Sequence record: PQ863255.1 | Origin: Escherichia phage Ptacy1532 | DNA: 64,000 nt | Direction: 5' to 3' (one strand) | Part shown: positions 41,898-50,977 of the stretch, piece after piece | How the letters are laid out: each line of letters begins with the position of its first letter | How positions within the stretch are numbered: the first letter of the stretch is position 1 | Program-made: the position numbers and the translations under genes | Notes under the pieces: model-generated | The model's input: the letters and a program-made list of their open reading frames with translations, nothing else | Told to the model about the DNA's origin: nothing | Database searches by the model: none

Positions 41898-42213
41898 TAC
41901 TCTTCTCTTTATGAAGTCTATAAACAGCTGTCGCCATGCAAGCAACAGCTTCATTATGCGGAAGGTGCATCCCTGTAGAACCATCCCAATCTTTGAACTC
42001 ATTGTCAAAGACTCCGGTAGGTTCTGGATACAGAGCTTGCAGCTCCACTAGATCATTAGCAACTTGTTGCCATTTATCATCAGACCAGATAGGGTCATCC
42101 AACCAGTAATACAAATAGGAATGGATGATCAATTGCCTTCTATGCCGATTGATTACTTCAGCGGGACTTATTTCACTTCCATTTGAAGTTCTAAATGTAT
42201 TACCGTCGATCAT
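41857..42213 (-). CDS. small protein resembling the N-terminal Ia domain of NAD-dependent DNA ligase
   Basis: 118 aa; HSYLYYWLDDPIWSD...L.EL.ALYPE parallels the LigA H.YLY..D.P.I.D..YD..L.EL....PE pattern; no adenylation KxDG motif. Confidence 0.35.
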   Translation of the reverse strand: MIDGNTFRTSNGSEISPAEVINRHRRQLIIHSYLYYWLDDPIWSDDKWQQVANDLVELQALYPEPTGVFDNEFKDWDGSTGMHLPHNEAVACMATAVYRLHKEKSNESMGTNKSNQPV

Positions 42214-42416
42214 TATGAAAATTTCCGTTCTGTTAAAAAGTATATAACTTCATTATCTGGAGACCGAACTTTCTCTCCATTTACTAATTTCTTAGCATCT
42301 TCATATGAAGCACAATCCAAAGCAGGGTTATCAGGTGTTGGCTTCCCTAGGAAATATTTCCAAGTCCAACGCTCTCTGTCATCATCTTGACAGTCAAGAG
42401 TCCACAATGTTTTCAT
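42213..42416 (-). CDS. hypothetical protein (67 aa)
   Basis: ORF in operon. Confidence 0.4.
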   Translation of the reverse strand: MKTLWTLDCQDDDRERWTWKYFLGKPTPDNPALDCASYEDAKKLVNGEKVRSPDNEVIYFLTERKFS

Positions 42417-42601
42417 TTAACAACCTTAAATTTGAATGTTGTTGGGTGATAATAGTGCAACCTGTTGATAGTATGCTTTGTTTCAAGGTATGTCCTACAG
42501 GAGTGGCACATAACATGAGACAAACCAGTCACAGGATTGGGCTTAAAATTGATGATAAGCTTCTCTTTCTTACAGAAGCTACAGACTTTCTTTTCCATCT
42601 T
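42413..42601 (-). CDS. small Cys/His-rich protein
   Basis: ORF track 42413..42667; internal Met MEKKVCSFCKK...CHSC preferred. Confidence 0.3.
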   Translation of the reverse strand, partial: KMEKKVCSFCKKEKLIINFKPNPVTGLSHVMCHSCRTYLETKHTINRLHYYHPTTFKFKVVK

Positions 42602-42812
42602 TTCTCCAGTGGTCAACGAATTGCTGAAACACTTTATGGTCGAAGGTGAAACCACGAGCAATCCCACACTCTACGAAAGTAGAAGGCATATAGTCTACAT
42701 CACCTTTAGATGTATGACCATAAACTTGAATAAGCTTTTTAATCTTACCCTTCTCTCTTCGAGGAAGCATCCTAAATGCCTCCTGAATATCTGTAATATG
42801 TTTGACTTTCAT
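42579..42812 (-). CDS. hypothetical protein (77 aa)
   Basis: ORF in operon. Confidence 0.35.
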   Translation of the reverse strand: MKVKHITDIQEAFRMLPRREKGKIKKLIQVYGHTSKGDVDYMPSTFVECGIARGFTFDHKVFQQFVDHWRKDGKESL

Positions 42813-42958
42813 CAGAAATTCCTGCTAATCCTCTGGATTATGAGAACAGCAATACTCACATACTCCGCAATATGGACAAATTTCTACACTTGGGTCATAT
42901 GCATCATCCACTGTCATTCCGCACTTGGTACAGAACACGTCGTCATCTTCTTCCAATA

Positions 42959-43615
42959 TTAAATCTCCAATGTTTTCTTCAGAGCTGCCCACGAGATTGG
43001 GTAGATCTTAGTCATCTCTTCGTCTACAGATTTAGCAAACACTCGAACTTCATATTGAGCGTGAGAGGAGAGTCGCTGACGACACAACTCAAACCATCCA
43101 TACAAAGAACCAGTCCACACCCACTCAGTGATCATCCCCTGAGGAAGAACAAATCGAGCTTGCTCTGGTGCAATAAATTCAATCAACTTGTCATATGCTG
43201 CTAGAGAAGCTTCATATGCATCATTAATCAGCATTAATGCTTCAGCTCGTTCTCCGTCGATGAGTTGAATCCCTGAACCTGCATGGAGGTCCGAAGGTCT
43301 CGCAAAAATCTCTTTAGGGATGAAGACTTCAACTGCTCCATCTTTATACCGCCGGGACATTTCGTTCCACGAGAATCCAACCTGATGCTTCTGTAGTTGA
43401 CGAGCGATTGCAATTGGAGCCTTACAACGAAAGGACACTTGTGGGTGACGGAACGGAGTGCAGTGTTTCTCTCTAGCCAAGAAATTAATCAACCGAGTGT
43501 CACGATCGTTCAAATCACCCTCTCGTACAACACCAAAAGAAACTCTTGCAGCATTAACAACAGTTTTATCACTGCCCATAGCCTCAATCAATGTTGCTTG
43601 CAATTGTTCATTCAT
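42959..43615 (-). CDS. thyX: flavin-dependent thymidylate synthase (ThyX-like)
   Basis: 218 aa; overall ThyX-like pattern with HCTPFRH and SRRY segments; call from motif resemblance only. Confidence 0.6.
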   Translation of the reverse strand: MNEQLQATLIEAMGSDKTVVNAARVSFGVVREGDLNDRDTRLINFLAREKHCTPFRHPQVSFRCKAPIAIARQLQKHQVGFSWNEMSRRYKDGAVEVFIPKEIFARPSDLHAGSGIQLIDGERAEALMLINDAYEASLAAYDKLIEFIAPEQARFVLPQGMITEWVWTGSLYGWFELCRQRLSSHAQYEVRVFAKSVDEEMTKIYPISWAALKKTLEI

Positions 43616-44087
43616 ACTTCAACTTCTCCTTGTTATAAGCAATCTCTGCTTCCTCTGGAGTATGGAAAGTTCCTAGATGCTTAGTCTTTCCATTAACTCC
43701 GATGATAGCTCTGAATTTTGTACCACTAGCCGTCTCTCTGATGTAAACACCCATTGGAAGTTTTCCAGCTTTTCCGGCTCTGTTGTATTGTTTTCTGTTA
43801 TGACAGTTTGTAGATGGGTCAACATCTCTTAGATTTTTAAGAGAGTCATCCAGTTTAATCTGGTTGATATGATCAATCTCAAACTCAGGCATCTTTCCAT
43901 AAGAGAAAAACCAAGCTAATCGACATGCTCTGTAAGATTTCCCTTCATAATAGATATACCTGTAACCTAATGTTGAGATACACCCAGCAATGTTCCCTGA
44001 TATTCTCCGACCTTTAGTATTCTTCCACCTAAAGACCCCAGTATCAGGGTCATATGCTAGGTCATCTTTTATTTTATCAGTTAACAC
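43608..44087 (-). CDS. HNH homing endonuclease with AP2-like domain
   Basis: 159 aa; EIDHINQIKLDDSLKNLR HNH motif; C-terminal GVY..ASGTKFRA AP2-like segment. Confidence 0.7.
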   Translation of the reverse strand: MLTDKIKDDLAYDPDTGVFRWKNTKGRRISGNIAGCISTLGYRYIYYEGKSYRACRLAWFFSYGKMPEFEIDHINQIKLDDSLKNLRDVDPSTNCHNRKQYNRAGKAGKLPMGVYIRETASGTKFRAIIGVNGKTKHLGTFHTPEEAEIAYNKEKLKYE

Positions 44088-44352
44088 CTAAAGCTGTGTC
44101 CAAAAATGCTTTCAGGTTTGCTTCAGTCTGCATACCAGAGAGGCTGTAATGTGCACCGCTGTTACGGTCAGGTACAACGAAAGCAGGGATGCTTCGTACA
44201 CCATACTTAACAGCTTGCTCACGACCATCACCTTCAAGGATGTTAATCTCTTCCACTTCTACATCAAACTCCTTAACAACCTTCTCAAAGGTAGGAGCCA
44301 TTGCTTTACATGGAGCACATTGATCACTATAAAACTTAATTACTTTAGACAT
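44077..44352 (-). CDS. thioredoxin-fold protein
   Basis: ORF track 44077..44358 (TTG); ATG 44352 preferred (GAGGA SD); CAPC active-site motif and cis-Pro region VRSIPAFVV. Confidence 0.65.
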   Translation of the reverse strand: MSKVIKFYSDQCAPCKAMAPTFEKVVKEFDVEVEEINILEGDGREQAVKYGVRSIPAFVVPDRNSGAHYSLSGMQTEANLKAFLDTALGVN

Positions 44353-44522
44353 TAACAATCCTCGTTAACAAATTCTTTAAGGTGGCGTTCTGTGGTAGGT
44401 ATTACGATGTAATCTTTATACCCTTGAGCTTTGGCTAAATCCTCAGCTATCTTTTTAGTAGCCCCCAATGCCATCACACACTGACAAACAATCACCGTGT
44501 GAGCTTTGTATTCGTCCTTCAT
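44352..44522 (-). CDS. hypothetical small protein (56 aa)
   Basis: Below ORF-track cutoff; stop overlaps thioredoxin start (TAATG); contains CQC. Confidence 0.25.
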   Translation of the reverse strand: MKDEYKAHTVIVCQCVMALGATKKIAEDLAKAQGYKDYIVIPTTERHLKEFVNEDC

Positions 44523-44772
44523 TTAAGAACCTTATGCAGTCAGGAGGTGAAGCAGGAATGGGATAACAACAGCTACGATAACCATGATGGTTGATGCTGT
44601 TTGAATCTCACCTTTCTTGTCAGGGGTTTCTTCGATAAGCTTACCAGAAGCCCAATAAATACCACCACCGATAAAGATAGCCCAAATACCCCATACGATT
44701 GCTGATAACATATATCTATATCCTTATAAATAAGTTCGCCCCACCTCGGGTTAGGAGACAGGGCGGAGGTTT

Positions 44773-45384
44773 TTAGTAAGACACATCACCACTTGAGTGG
44801 GACATGTTGCTCTTGACGAAGTAGCAATACTTGCCAAGACCTTCATTAATTTCTTGAAGCATACTCTGGTCAACTGGATAAGTGGCTAAATCGCCATCAA
44901 ACTCATCCATCTTCTCAATAATACACATCAAGGTCATGCACATATCAGAGAGCATACCGTCCATATCCAGATCAGCATTACCCTCTGAGAACCAAGCATG
45001 GGAGAGGTAGTTAGCTGCTGTAGCATCCACCTTAACACAGTGGTATCGCATACGCTCAGCAATACGATCTCCTACTTGTCGTGCGTAATCTTCCAGCTCA
45101 TCAAACATACCATGAACACCCTGAAATCCTGCACCAGAGACATTCCAGTGGTAGTTCTTAGCTTTGATATGCAAGAGTTCCATGTTAGCTTGTAAGCAGC
45201 TTAGGATGTGTTCTAGGCTGTTTCCACTAATCATACCCTGCATAGTTTCAAGGCGAGAGATTGAAAGCTCAGACCGGTCTAACATGTTATATTCTGCACG
45301 ACCAATCTCAGGTAAATCAAAGACATTCTTATGCATTTGGGTTTTCTCCATCAAGTTCAACTGAGTTAGCAACGTTACGTGCAA
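44773..45384 (-). CDS. Dps/ferritin-like protein (putative)
   Basis: 203 aa; KNYHWNVSGAGFQGVHGMFDELEDYARQVGDRIAERM fits the Dps pattern HWN..G..F...H...E.......D.IAER. Confidence 0.45.
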   Translation of the reverse strand: MHVTLLTQLNLMEKTQMHKNVFDLPEIGRAEYNMLDRSELSISRLETMQGMISGNSLEHILSCLQANMELLHIKAKNYHWNVSGAGFQGVHGMFDELEDYARQVGDRIAERMRYHCVKVDATAANYLSHAWFSEGNADLDMDGMLSDMCMTLMCIIEKMDEFDGDLATYPVDQSMLQEINEGLGKYCYFVKSNMSHSSGDVSY

Positions 45385-45658
45385 TATTATCCATTACCTG
45401 CTGGGTAATTACGATGCAGTTCTGTGGGTCTACTGACTTAGAACGCCCCATTTCAGGGTCATACACCTTAACTCGCTTAGCAGTTGAACCTGTAACCTGA
45501 AGAACCTTCAACAGATATCCCTGATTACCAATAGACCAAGCAACAACATCACGATTCTTGATAAAGCGACCAAGCATATCACGATGATAAAACTGTTGCA
45601 TCACCTTGGATTTTGTAATCTCTTCAGTGGGCGGGGCCACTTTACTCAAATCTAACAT
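45329..45658 (-). CDS. hypothetical protein (109 aa)
   Basis: ORF; AAATGTATAT promoter-like variant 40 nt upstream. Confidence 0.4.
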   Translation of the reverse strand: MLDLSKVAPPTEEITKSKVMQQFYHRDMLGRFIKNRDVVAWSIGNQGYLLKVLQVTGSTAKRVKVYDPEMGRSKSVDPQNCIVITQQVMDNIARNVANSVELDGENPNA

Positions 45659-45698
45659 AACTCTCTCCTGTAAAAATACAAATTCTTATTGTACTCTA

Positions 45699-45707
45699 TA
45701 TACATTT
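45699..45707 (-). promoter_or_regulatory. AAATGTATA motif variant, candidate promoter element
   Basis: One mismatch to TAATGTATA; intergenic, upstream of 45329..45658. Confidence 0.3.
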
Positions 45708-45731
45708 GAGAGTTACCATATCTACTACCAA

Positions 45732-45941
45732 TCAGTAATAAATTACTTTAGACATAAAAGAACCCGAGCTAGGGTCTTCGTACCAGCGATGAATGTCAGC
45801 ACTTTTAACAGTTCCTATTAGAGCTTTCATGTTCTTTTTAGCGACACGAGCCTCTTTGCGAGTGTTAAACAGTTTGATATTATCTTTACCTAAGTGTTGT
45901 TTCTGTTCCCAAACAACACGAACAGCCCACATCTTTTTCAT
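45732..45941 (-). CDS. small basic protein, tandem paralog 3 of 3
   Basis: 69 aa; W.VRV...F.TR.EAR..KK pattern and C-terminal YY shared with two upstream genes. Confidence 0.45.
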   Translation of the reverse strand: MKKMWAVRVVWEQKQHLGKDNIKLFNTRKEARVAKKNMKALIGTVKSADIHRWYEDPSSGSFMSKVIYY

Positions 45942-46150
45942 TAGTAATGTACCTTTCCGCTGATATAAATACGACCAGAGGAATACTCCTTGGCCTTATG
46001 GATACTAATGCTCTTAGTTAAGTCCATATTGAACATAGACTTTTTAAAATCTCGAGCTTGTTGACGGGTGGGCAGTGCAGTCATAGTCATACCACCTGAT
46101 GCCCACTTAATCTTCGCTAACCAGAACTGTCTCATAGTGATTGGTCTCAT
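45941..46150 (-). CDS. small basic protein, tandem paralog 2 of 3
   Basis: 69 aa; same family; 1-nt start/stop overlaps. Confidence 0.45.
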   Translation of the reverse strand: MRPITMRQFWLAKIKWASGGMTMTALPTRQQARDFKKSMFNMDLTKSISIHKAKEYSSGRIYISGKVHY

Positions 46151-46347
46151 TAATAATAAACCTTGCTGTTGGCAAAAAGAGCACCTTCGTTATTCACAAT
46201 AGCTTTTCCTATTGTAATCTTACCTGACAGACCTATCCCCTTAAAAATCTTCTTAATTCGACGGGCGTGCTCTCGAGTATTAACAAAATCTACAGATTTT
46301 ATATCACCTGTCTTGTTATCATGTACACGAACAATCCACTTTTTCAT
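46150..46347 (-). CDS. small basic protein, tandem paralog 1 of 3
   Basis: 65 aa; MKKWIVRV...TREHARRIKK...KVYY. Confidence 0.45.
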   Translation of the reverse strand: MKKWIVRVHDNKTGDIKSVDFVNTREHARRIKKIFKGIGLSGKITIGKAIVNNEGALFANSKVYY

Positions 46348-46550
46348 TTTACTAAACCTTTCATATAATCATAAAGAGCATTAGAAGCTTTACCCCATTC
46401 AAGGTGCTTCTTATCCATATAACTCTTACAGGTTTCTTTACTGCTTTCATCACAAATATCAAATCGATGACATGCTCGACCAAATACCATGGCTTTTAAC
46501 TGAACATCGGTAGTTAGATATTTAAGTTCTTGAAACTCTTCTTTAGTCAT
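46344..46550 (-). CDS. hypothetical protein (68 aa)
   Basis: ORF in operon. Confidence 0.4.
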   Translation of the reverse strand: MTKEEFQELKYLTTDVQLKAMVFGRACHRFDICDESSKETCKSYMDKKHLEWGKASNALYDYMKGLVK

Positions 46551-47084
46551 TTACACACCTTTAGATGCAACTACACCTTCAGAGTTATTATAACGACCCT
46601 TCACTGCATAGGAGTGTTCCCCTGCATGAGAGTGCTCAAACATGACCATCTGACCAACACGCATACCAGCACGAACTCGTAAGCTATGATGCTTGGTTAC
46701 GTTATGGAACTCAAATGTCAGCTTACTGCTGTTAAACCCTGCGTCTGCCCACCCGGCGTGGAGATGGTTCAAACCACAACGAGCCATAGACGAACGCAGA
46801 ACAAACAGACTTGAGATGTTATCTGGAAGATTAAACTCCTCCATAGAGTGAGCCAAGAAAAACTGACCCGGAGTGATAACCAAACCCTCTTCAGGAATCT
46901 TTACTTCTTTCCACTGAAGATTCTCTTTCGCATCAATATCAACGATGCCATCAGCCTGTTCTTCAACAAGGATAGTATCACCAATACGGATATCCACACT
47001 AGCAGCGTTAACATACTTATGCTCCGCATCCAGATAGCCATTGTCAATTACATCGTGCAGTTCAACACTTCCTAGTAAACTCAT
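46551..47084 (-). CDS. dcd: dCTP deaminase / dUTPase-family enzyme
   Basis: 177 aa; AASVDIRIGDT and GWADAGF match dCTP deaminase signature regions. Confidence 0.7.
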   Translation of the reverse strand: MSLLGSVELHDVIDNGYLDAEHKYVNAASVDIRIGDTILVEEQADGIVDIDAKENLQWKEVKIPEEGLVITPGQFFLAHSMEEFNLPDNISSLFVLRSSMARCGLNHLHAGWADAGFNSSKLTFEFHNVTKHHSLRVRAGMRVGQMVMFEHSHAGEHSYAVKGRYNNSEGVVASKGV

Positions 47085-47093
47085 TCTTATTCC

Positions 47094-48404
47094 TTAGTTA
47101 TTTGTTTCCATGTCAAAAGAGATTCCACGACCCGCTTCATCGGCAAACCGATCATCGAGACTGTGACTGACAGTATCAGCAAGTTCTTCATGAGAGGGAA
47201 TGTCAAGACTACCTACCACATCTTGAGCAGAAGCTTCATCAGTCCAGATAACACGAGAAGGGGCGTTGATATCACCAACAGCAAAACCCTGACCAGAGAA
47301 CTGGTGACGGCTAATAGTCAAACCATTTGATCGACCACGAGAAGGACTAGACATCCATCTCTCCATAGAATCACTTGTAATGCCAAGAGCTTCTTCAAAA
47401 GATGTTCTACGAGAAGAGCTTAGATTTCGTGCTTCATTTGCTCGGCGTCTTGTAGGGGCTACAAACACCCCTTCGATTGCGTTATGACGACTAGGCTCTT
47501 CTTCTCTACCAAGCAAATCACCACCCGTGTTAGTCGTTAAATTTGTCAACCCTTCAGACCAATACGCATAAATTTGACCAGACCCATGAAGACTTGACAT
47601 AATCTGAATCTCTTCATAGGGGATTCCAAAGAATCGACTCATGTCACGGTTAACGCAATACTGAGCACTTGTTGTATCCTCAATAAGAGAAACCTGACCT
47701 AATCCATTAACCAGATGACTAACTGGCTGAGGTGTAGGAAGGTATCGAGTTTGGGCCATATATTGATATGCAACAGATGGAGCTGAGAATCTCAACACTT
47801 GTGAATTAGGCCACTTTTTGTGAACGTATCTGATTTCACGACTAGAAACAACCACAGGGCAAGGAGCGGTCATAGCTAAATACCCATGAGGGGTCATGAA
47901 TAAGTTGTCAAGAGTCATCGCACCACGGCACATCATAGGAAAATTATCCAGAACCTCTTCAATAGAAGTAGGATAATTAAACATGAACTGGATACGAGTT
48001 CCATTCCACTGAAACTCAATAATATCAGTGAACGTTAATTGAGAAGTCCCTGTGTATGGCTCATCTGTAGCTTCAGCAAGAAGTGACGAATATTCAATAT
48101 CTTGTGACTCAAGCCACTCCTTCACGTTACTTTCAATTTCTCTTCCAAGAGCTTGCCAATGATCAGTTGATGTGAAAGTATTTTGGGTTCTTGGTGTTTG
48201 TCCTCTGACAATAAAGATATCAATGTCATGTGGAGCTGTGTTGTTAAGGACAGCATCACGAACAGCCCCACCAGTAATGATGGGACAGATACCGTCTGGA
48301 ATCAAGTTGTTGTTAATCAACTGTTCAATGAAGTGACGACCAACAGTGATATCAGGTTGTTGAGCAACCTTATCTTCAATTCGGTTAATCGGGATAACAA
48401 TCAT
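47094..48404 (-). CDS. nucleotidyltransferase, Pol-beta superfamily (CCA-adding / poly(A) polymerase-like head)
   Basis: ORF track 47094..48461; internal Met start preferred; ITGGAVRDAVL...HDIDIFI matches the GGxxRD...DxD head-domain motif; divergent C-terminal 300 aa. Confidence 0.5.
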   Translation of the reverse strand: MIVIPINRIEDKVAQQPDITVGRHFIEQLINNNLIPDGICPIITGGAVRDAVLNNTAPHDIDIFIVRGQTPRTQNTFTSTDHWQALGREIESNVKEWLESQDIEYSSLLAEATDEPYTGTSQLTFTDIIEFQWNGTRIQFMFNYPTSIEEVLDNFPMMCRGAMTLDNLFMTPHGYLAMTAPCPVVVSSREIRYVHKKWPNSQVLRFSAPSVAYQYMAQTRYLPTPQPVSHLVNGLGQVSLIEDTTSAQYCVNRDMSRFFGIPYEEIQIMSSLHGSGQIYAYWSEGLTNLTTNTGGDLLGREEEPSRHNAIEGVFVAPTRRRANEARNLSSSRRTSFEEALGITSDSMERWMSSPSRGRSNGLTISRHQFSGQGFAVGDINAPSRVIWTDEASAQDVVGSLDIPSHEELADTVSHSLDDRFADEAGRGISFDMETNN

Positions 48405-48405
48405 T

Positions 48406-48963
48406 TTACATTTTCCAATATAATGAAGGTGGGTCGTAAGGGTCAAATCCTGTGAGTTCACACAAGAAAAGATAAACCTTAACAGTTAAGTTAACGTCCT
48501 GTTCACAATAAGTAAACATATCTTCAGTGAAAGCATCCCATGCTTCCTCTTGCTCACCATAATCGCCCTTAAGTTCTCCTAAGAACTCACCCCACTGCTT
48601 CAAACCATGACCTCTTGGGCCACGTCTAGGGTCGCCTTTCGGATACTCAGGACTGTCACCAATACGGTCAGGTTTAAGATATCGACTAAGACATAAAGTG
48701 TCAAAGACGTTAAAACGATATTCAATTAGATTAGGATACATTTTCTTCAGAGCACAAAGGTCGAAGTCAATAATATTATGACCCACGAGCACATCTGCTT
48801 CTGTCAGTTTACGAATCCCGTCTTCGATTTGGTGAGGCCGATAGCCCCACCTTTCACCAGTTTCAACATCGAAGATATAAATACACCATACTTTAGTTAT
48901 GTCATCGTACAGTGCATTACTCTCGATATCGAATGCAAACACTTTCTTCTTTTTCTTTACCAC
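48406..48963 (-). CDS. 3'-5' exonuclease domain protein (T7 gp5 N-terminal-like)
   Basis: 185 aa; FDIESNAL (Exo I), [13 protein letters not shown] (Exo II), YCEQDV (Exo III); encoded separately from the polymerase domain. Confidence 0.7.
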   Translation of the reverse strand: MVKKKKKVFAFDIESNALYDDITKVWCIYIFDVETGERWGYRPHQIEDGIRKLTEADVLVGHNIIDFDLCALKKMYPNLIEYRFNVFDTLCLSRYLKPDRIGDSPEYPKGDPRRGPRGHGLKQWGEFLGELKGDYGEQEEAWDAFTEDMFTYCEQDVNLTVKVYLFLCELTGFDPYDPPSLYWKM

Positions 48964-50747
48964 GGTGAAGCTCCATCTGCTTGGTTGACGAGAGAAGCTG
49001 CATCCTCTCCATTAGTTAAAACGAATGGATTATCTTCATCAACTTCAAAGTCTTCCCTTTCTACAAGTCTACCGGTTTCACTGATATACTTAGTATAGCA
49101 GACACCCGTCTGACCGTAGTTACGTTCTTTCAGTAATCGAATGACTGAGAGGTTCTTAGCTAAGCCATCAGCTTGCTTGTCGCGCTCAAAGCCAATGATA
49201 CACTGACACCAACGCATAAGGGAACGAGAACCAGTGAACTGCACTTCACGTACCTGTCCACCTTCTTCATGAGGAGCACCACCTGCCGGAGCATTAAGGT
49301 GAGATAGAACGAAAGCGGTAAAGTCTAATTCTTTACACATACCAGCAAGCTCAGAAGCAATCTTACTGATTTCAGTGTTAATCTCTGAAGGTGTTAAATG
49401 AGATACCAGAGCGGTAATGTTATCAAGGATGATAAACTTACACTGGTTTTCAACTACCCAGAAACGGATACACTGTTTAATGTCTTCCCATTCGTTCTGT
49501 CCGAAGTTGTCATACAAGAAGAATTTGTCTGCATAACGAAGTGCTTCATTACGCAAATCCTCCTCATCATATTCAACATCAGGTCGGTGGAAAGGAATTG
49601 ATGCTGACTTACCAGCAATGTTCTTAACAGACATGCCTACCTTCTCTTCCAAGAAGAAGCCACCTCCATTAAAACCGTGCTCTAAGCACAGATGAGCAAC
49701 TAGTTCGTGAGCAATTAGTGTTTTACCACTACCTACACCACCACCGATGGCTACCACCTCTCCCCATCGAATACCGAAGGTCATCTCATTCAGAGTCTTC
49801 CACGGATAGGGAATACCCCACTCCGCTTTCTTCAGAGCATCATCAAGACAATCAAAGATTGTTACAGCGCCAGCAGGAGATTCCCGCTTTGCTGAATACT
49901 TGAGAATGTTGAATAGCTCTTGACCACGACCAGATAGAAGCATGTCATTCGCATCCTTAATCTCTTTCTCCACACCATTGTATGGGAAAGTTCCTTTAGG
50001 AATACGAGCAAACTTGACATGAGGGAATAAAGAACGACCTTTTGTTAAAGCTATCTCACCTGCATCATCGTTGTCCATGCAGAGCACAACCTCCTCAAAA
50101 CCATTTACGAAGTCTCGATTACGAGACAACACAGAAGAGATTGAACCTGCACCGAACGGTAAAGAAACACATGCTGGTTTAATATTTGTTGCATTTGTAA
50201 AAGCTGTAAGGACATGGAATCCGGACATACAAGATAGCGGGTCTTCAAAAATGAAGAGCTTCTTGTTGTACACATCTCCACGTTGAGCCTGTGCCATACC
50301 AAATAGGTCTGCTTCTTTCACGCTGCCGACGTAATAGAATTTCTTACTATCTAGTAGCTTAACCTCGTAACCAACAATGTTTCCATCACGTTCACGAGGA
50401 AAGAAGTAGCTGTCTGGAGTCTGTCCATCAGTCTGACTTAGACCAATGCGACACTCAAAACGCTCTGATACAGCTTTAGGGATTAAACGTCGAGTAAGTT
50501 CACCCTGAGGAAGTTCCAAGCAATCATCTAAGACTTCTCTCAACTCTTCAGGGGATAACTCTTTCTTCTCGTTTGGAGTAGGTGTAGTGCCCTTTTCGAA
50601 CACTTCGTAATTCCCACAACGGTTACAACTTCCCCACTCCTCACCTGTCTCTTCGTTACGGAAGAGAATCATGTGGTTGTGGGTTTTATCACGACCATGA
50701 GAGATACATTCCTTACAACCTGTGTCTCCCAAAATGATCTTTGACAT
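48957..50747 (-). CDS. primase-helicase (T7 gp4-like)
   Basis: 596 aa; N-terminal Cys4 zinc motif, central TOPRIM-like region, C-terminal Walker [12 protein letters not shown] DnaB-like helicase. Confidence 0.8.
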   Translation of the reverse strand: MSKIILGDTGCKECISHGRDKTHNHMILFRNEETGEEWGSCNRCGNYEVFEKGTTPTPNEKKELSPEELREVLDDCLELPQGELTRRLIPKAVSERFECRIGLSQTDGQTPDSYFFPRERDGNIVGYEVKLLDSKKFYYVGSVKEADLFGMAQAQRGDVYNKKLFIFEDPLSCMSGFHVLTAFTNATNIKPACVSLPFGAGSISSVLSRNRDFVNGFEEVVLCMDNDDAGEIALTKGRSLFPHVKFARIPKGTFPYNGVEKEIKDANDMLLSGRGQELFNILKYSAKRESPAGAVTIFDCLDDALKKAEWGIPYPWKTLNEMTFGIRWGEVVAIGGGVGSGKTLIAHELVAHLCLEHGFNGGGFFLEEKVGMSVKNIAGKSASIPFHRPDVEYDEEDLRNEALRYADKFFLYDNFGQNEWEDIKQCIRFWVVENQCKFIILDNITALVSHLTPSEINTEISKIASELAGMCKELDFTAFVLSHLNAPAGGAPHEEGGQVREVQFTGSRSLMRWCQCIIGFERDKQADGLAKNLSVIRLLKERNYGQTGVCYTKYISETGRLVEREDFEVDEDNPFVLTNGEDAASLVNQADGASPW

Positions 50748-50773
50748 GCTCTTCCTCCTTGGAATCCTTGAGC

Positions 50774-50977
50774 TTAGTAGAACGAACGAATTTCATCCCA
50801 CACTTGTTCCTGTTCTTTCCTATAAAAAGAAAGTTGGGTCTTGAACATCTCCACTGATGATTCAAAGTTTTTAGATTGTGCAGCTTCAACGAAACGTTCA
50901 TGTCGGTTGATTTTGCACCGTAGCATTAAATACTTGGCTTCAAGTCTCCGAAGAGCCTGTCTTTTCTCAAGATTCAC
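50774..50977 (-). CDS. hypothetical protein (67 aa)
   Basis: ORF in operon. Confidence 0.35.
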   Translation of the reverse strand: MNLEKRQALRRLEAKYLMLRCKINRHERFVEAAQSKNFESSVEMFKTQLSFYRKEQEQVWDEIRSFY

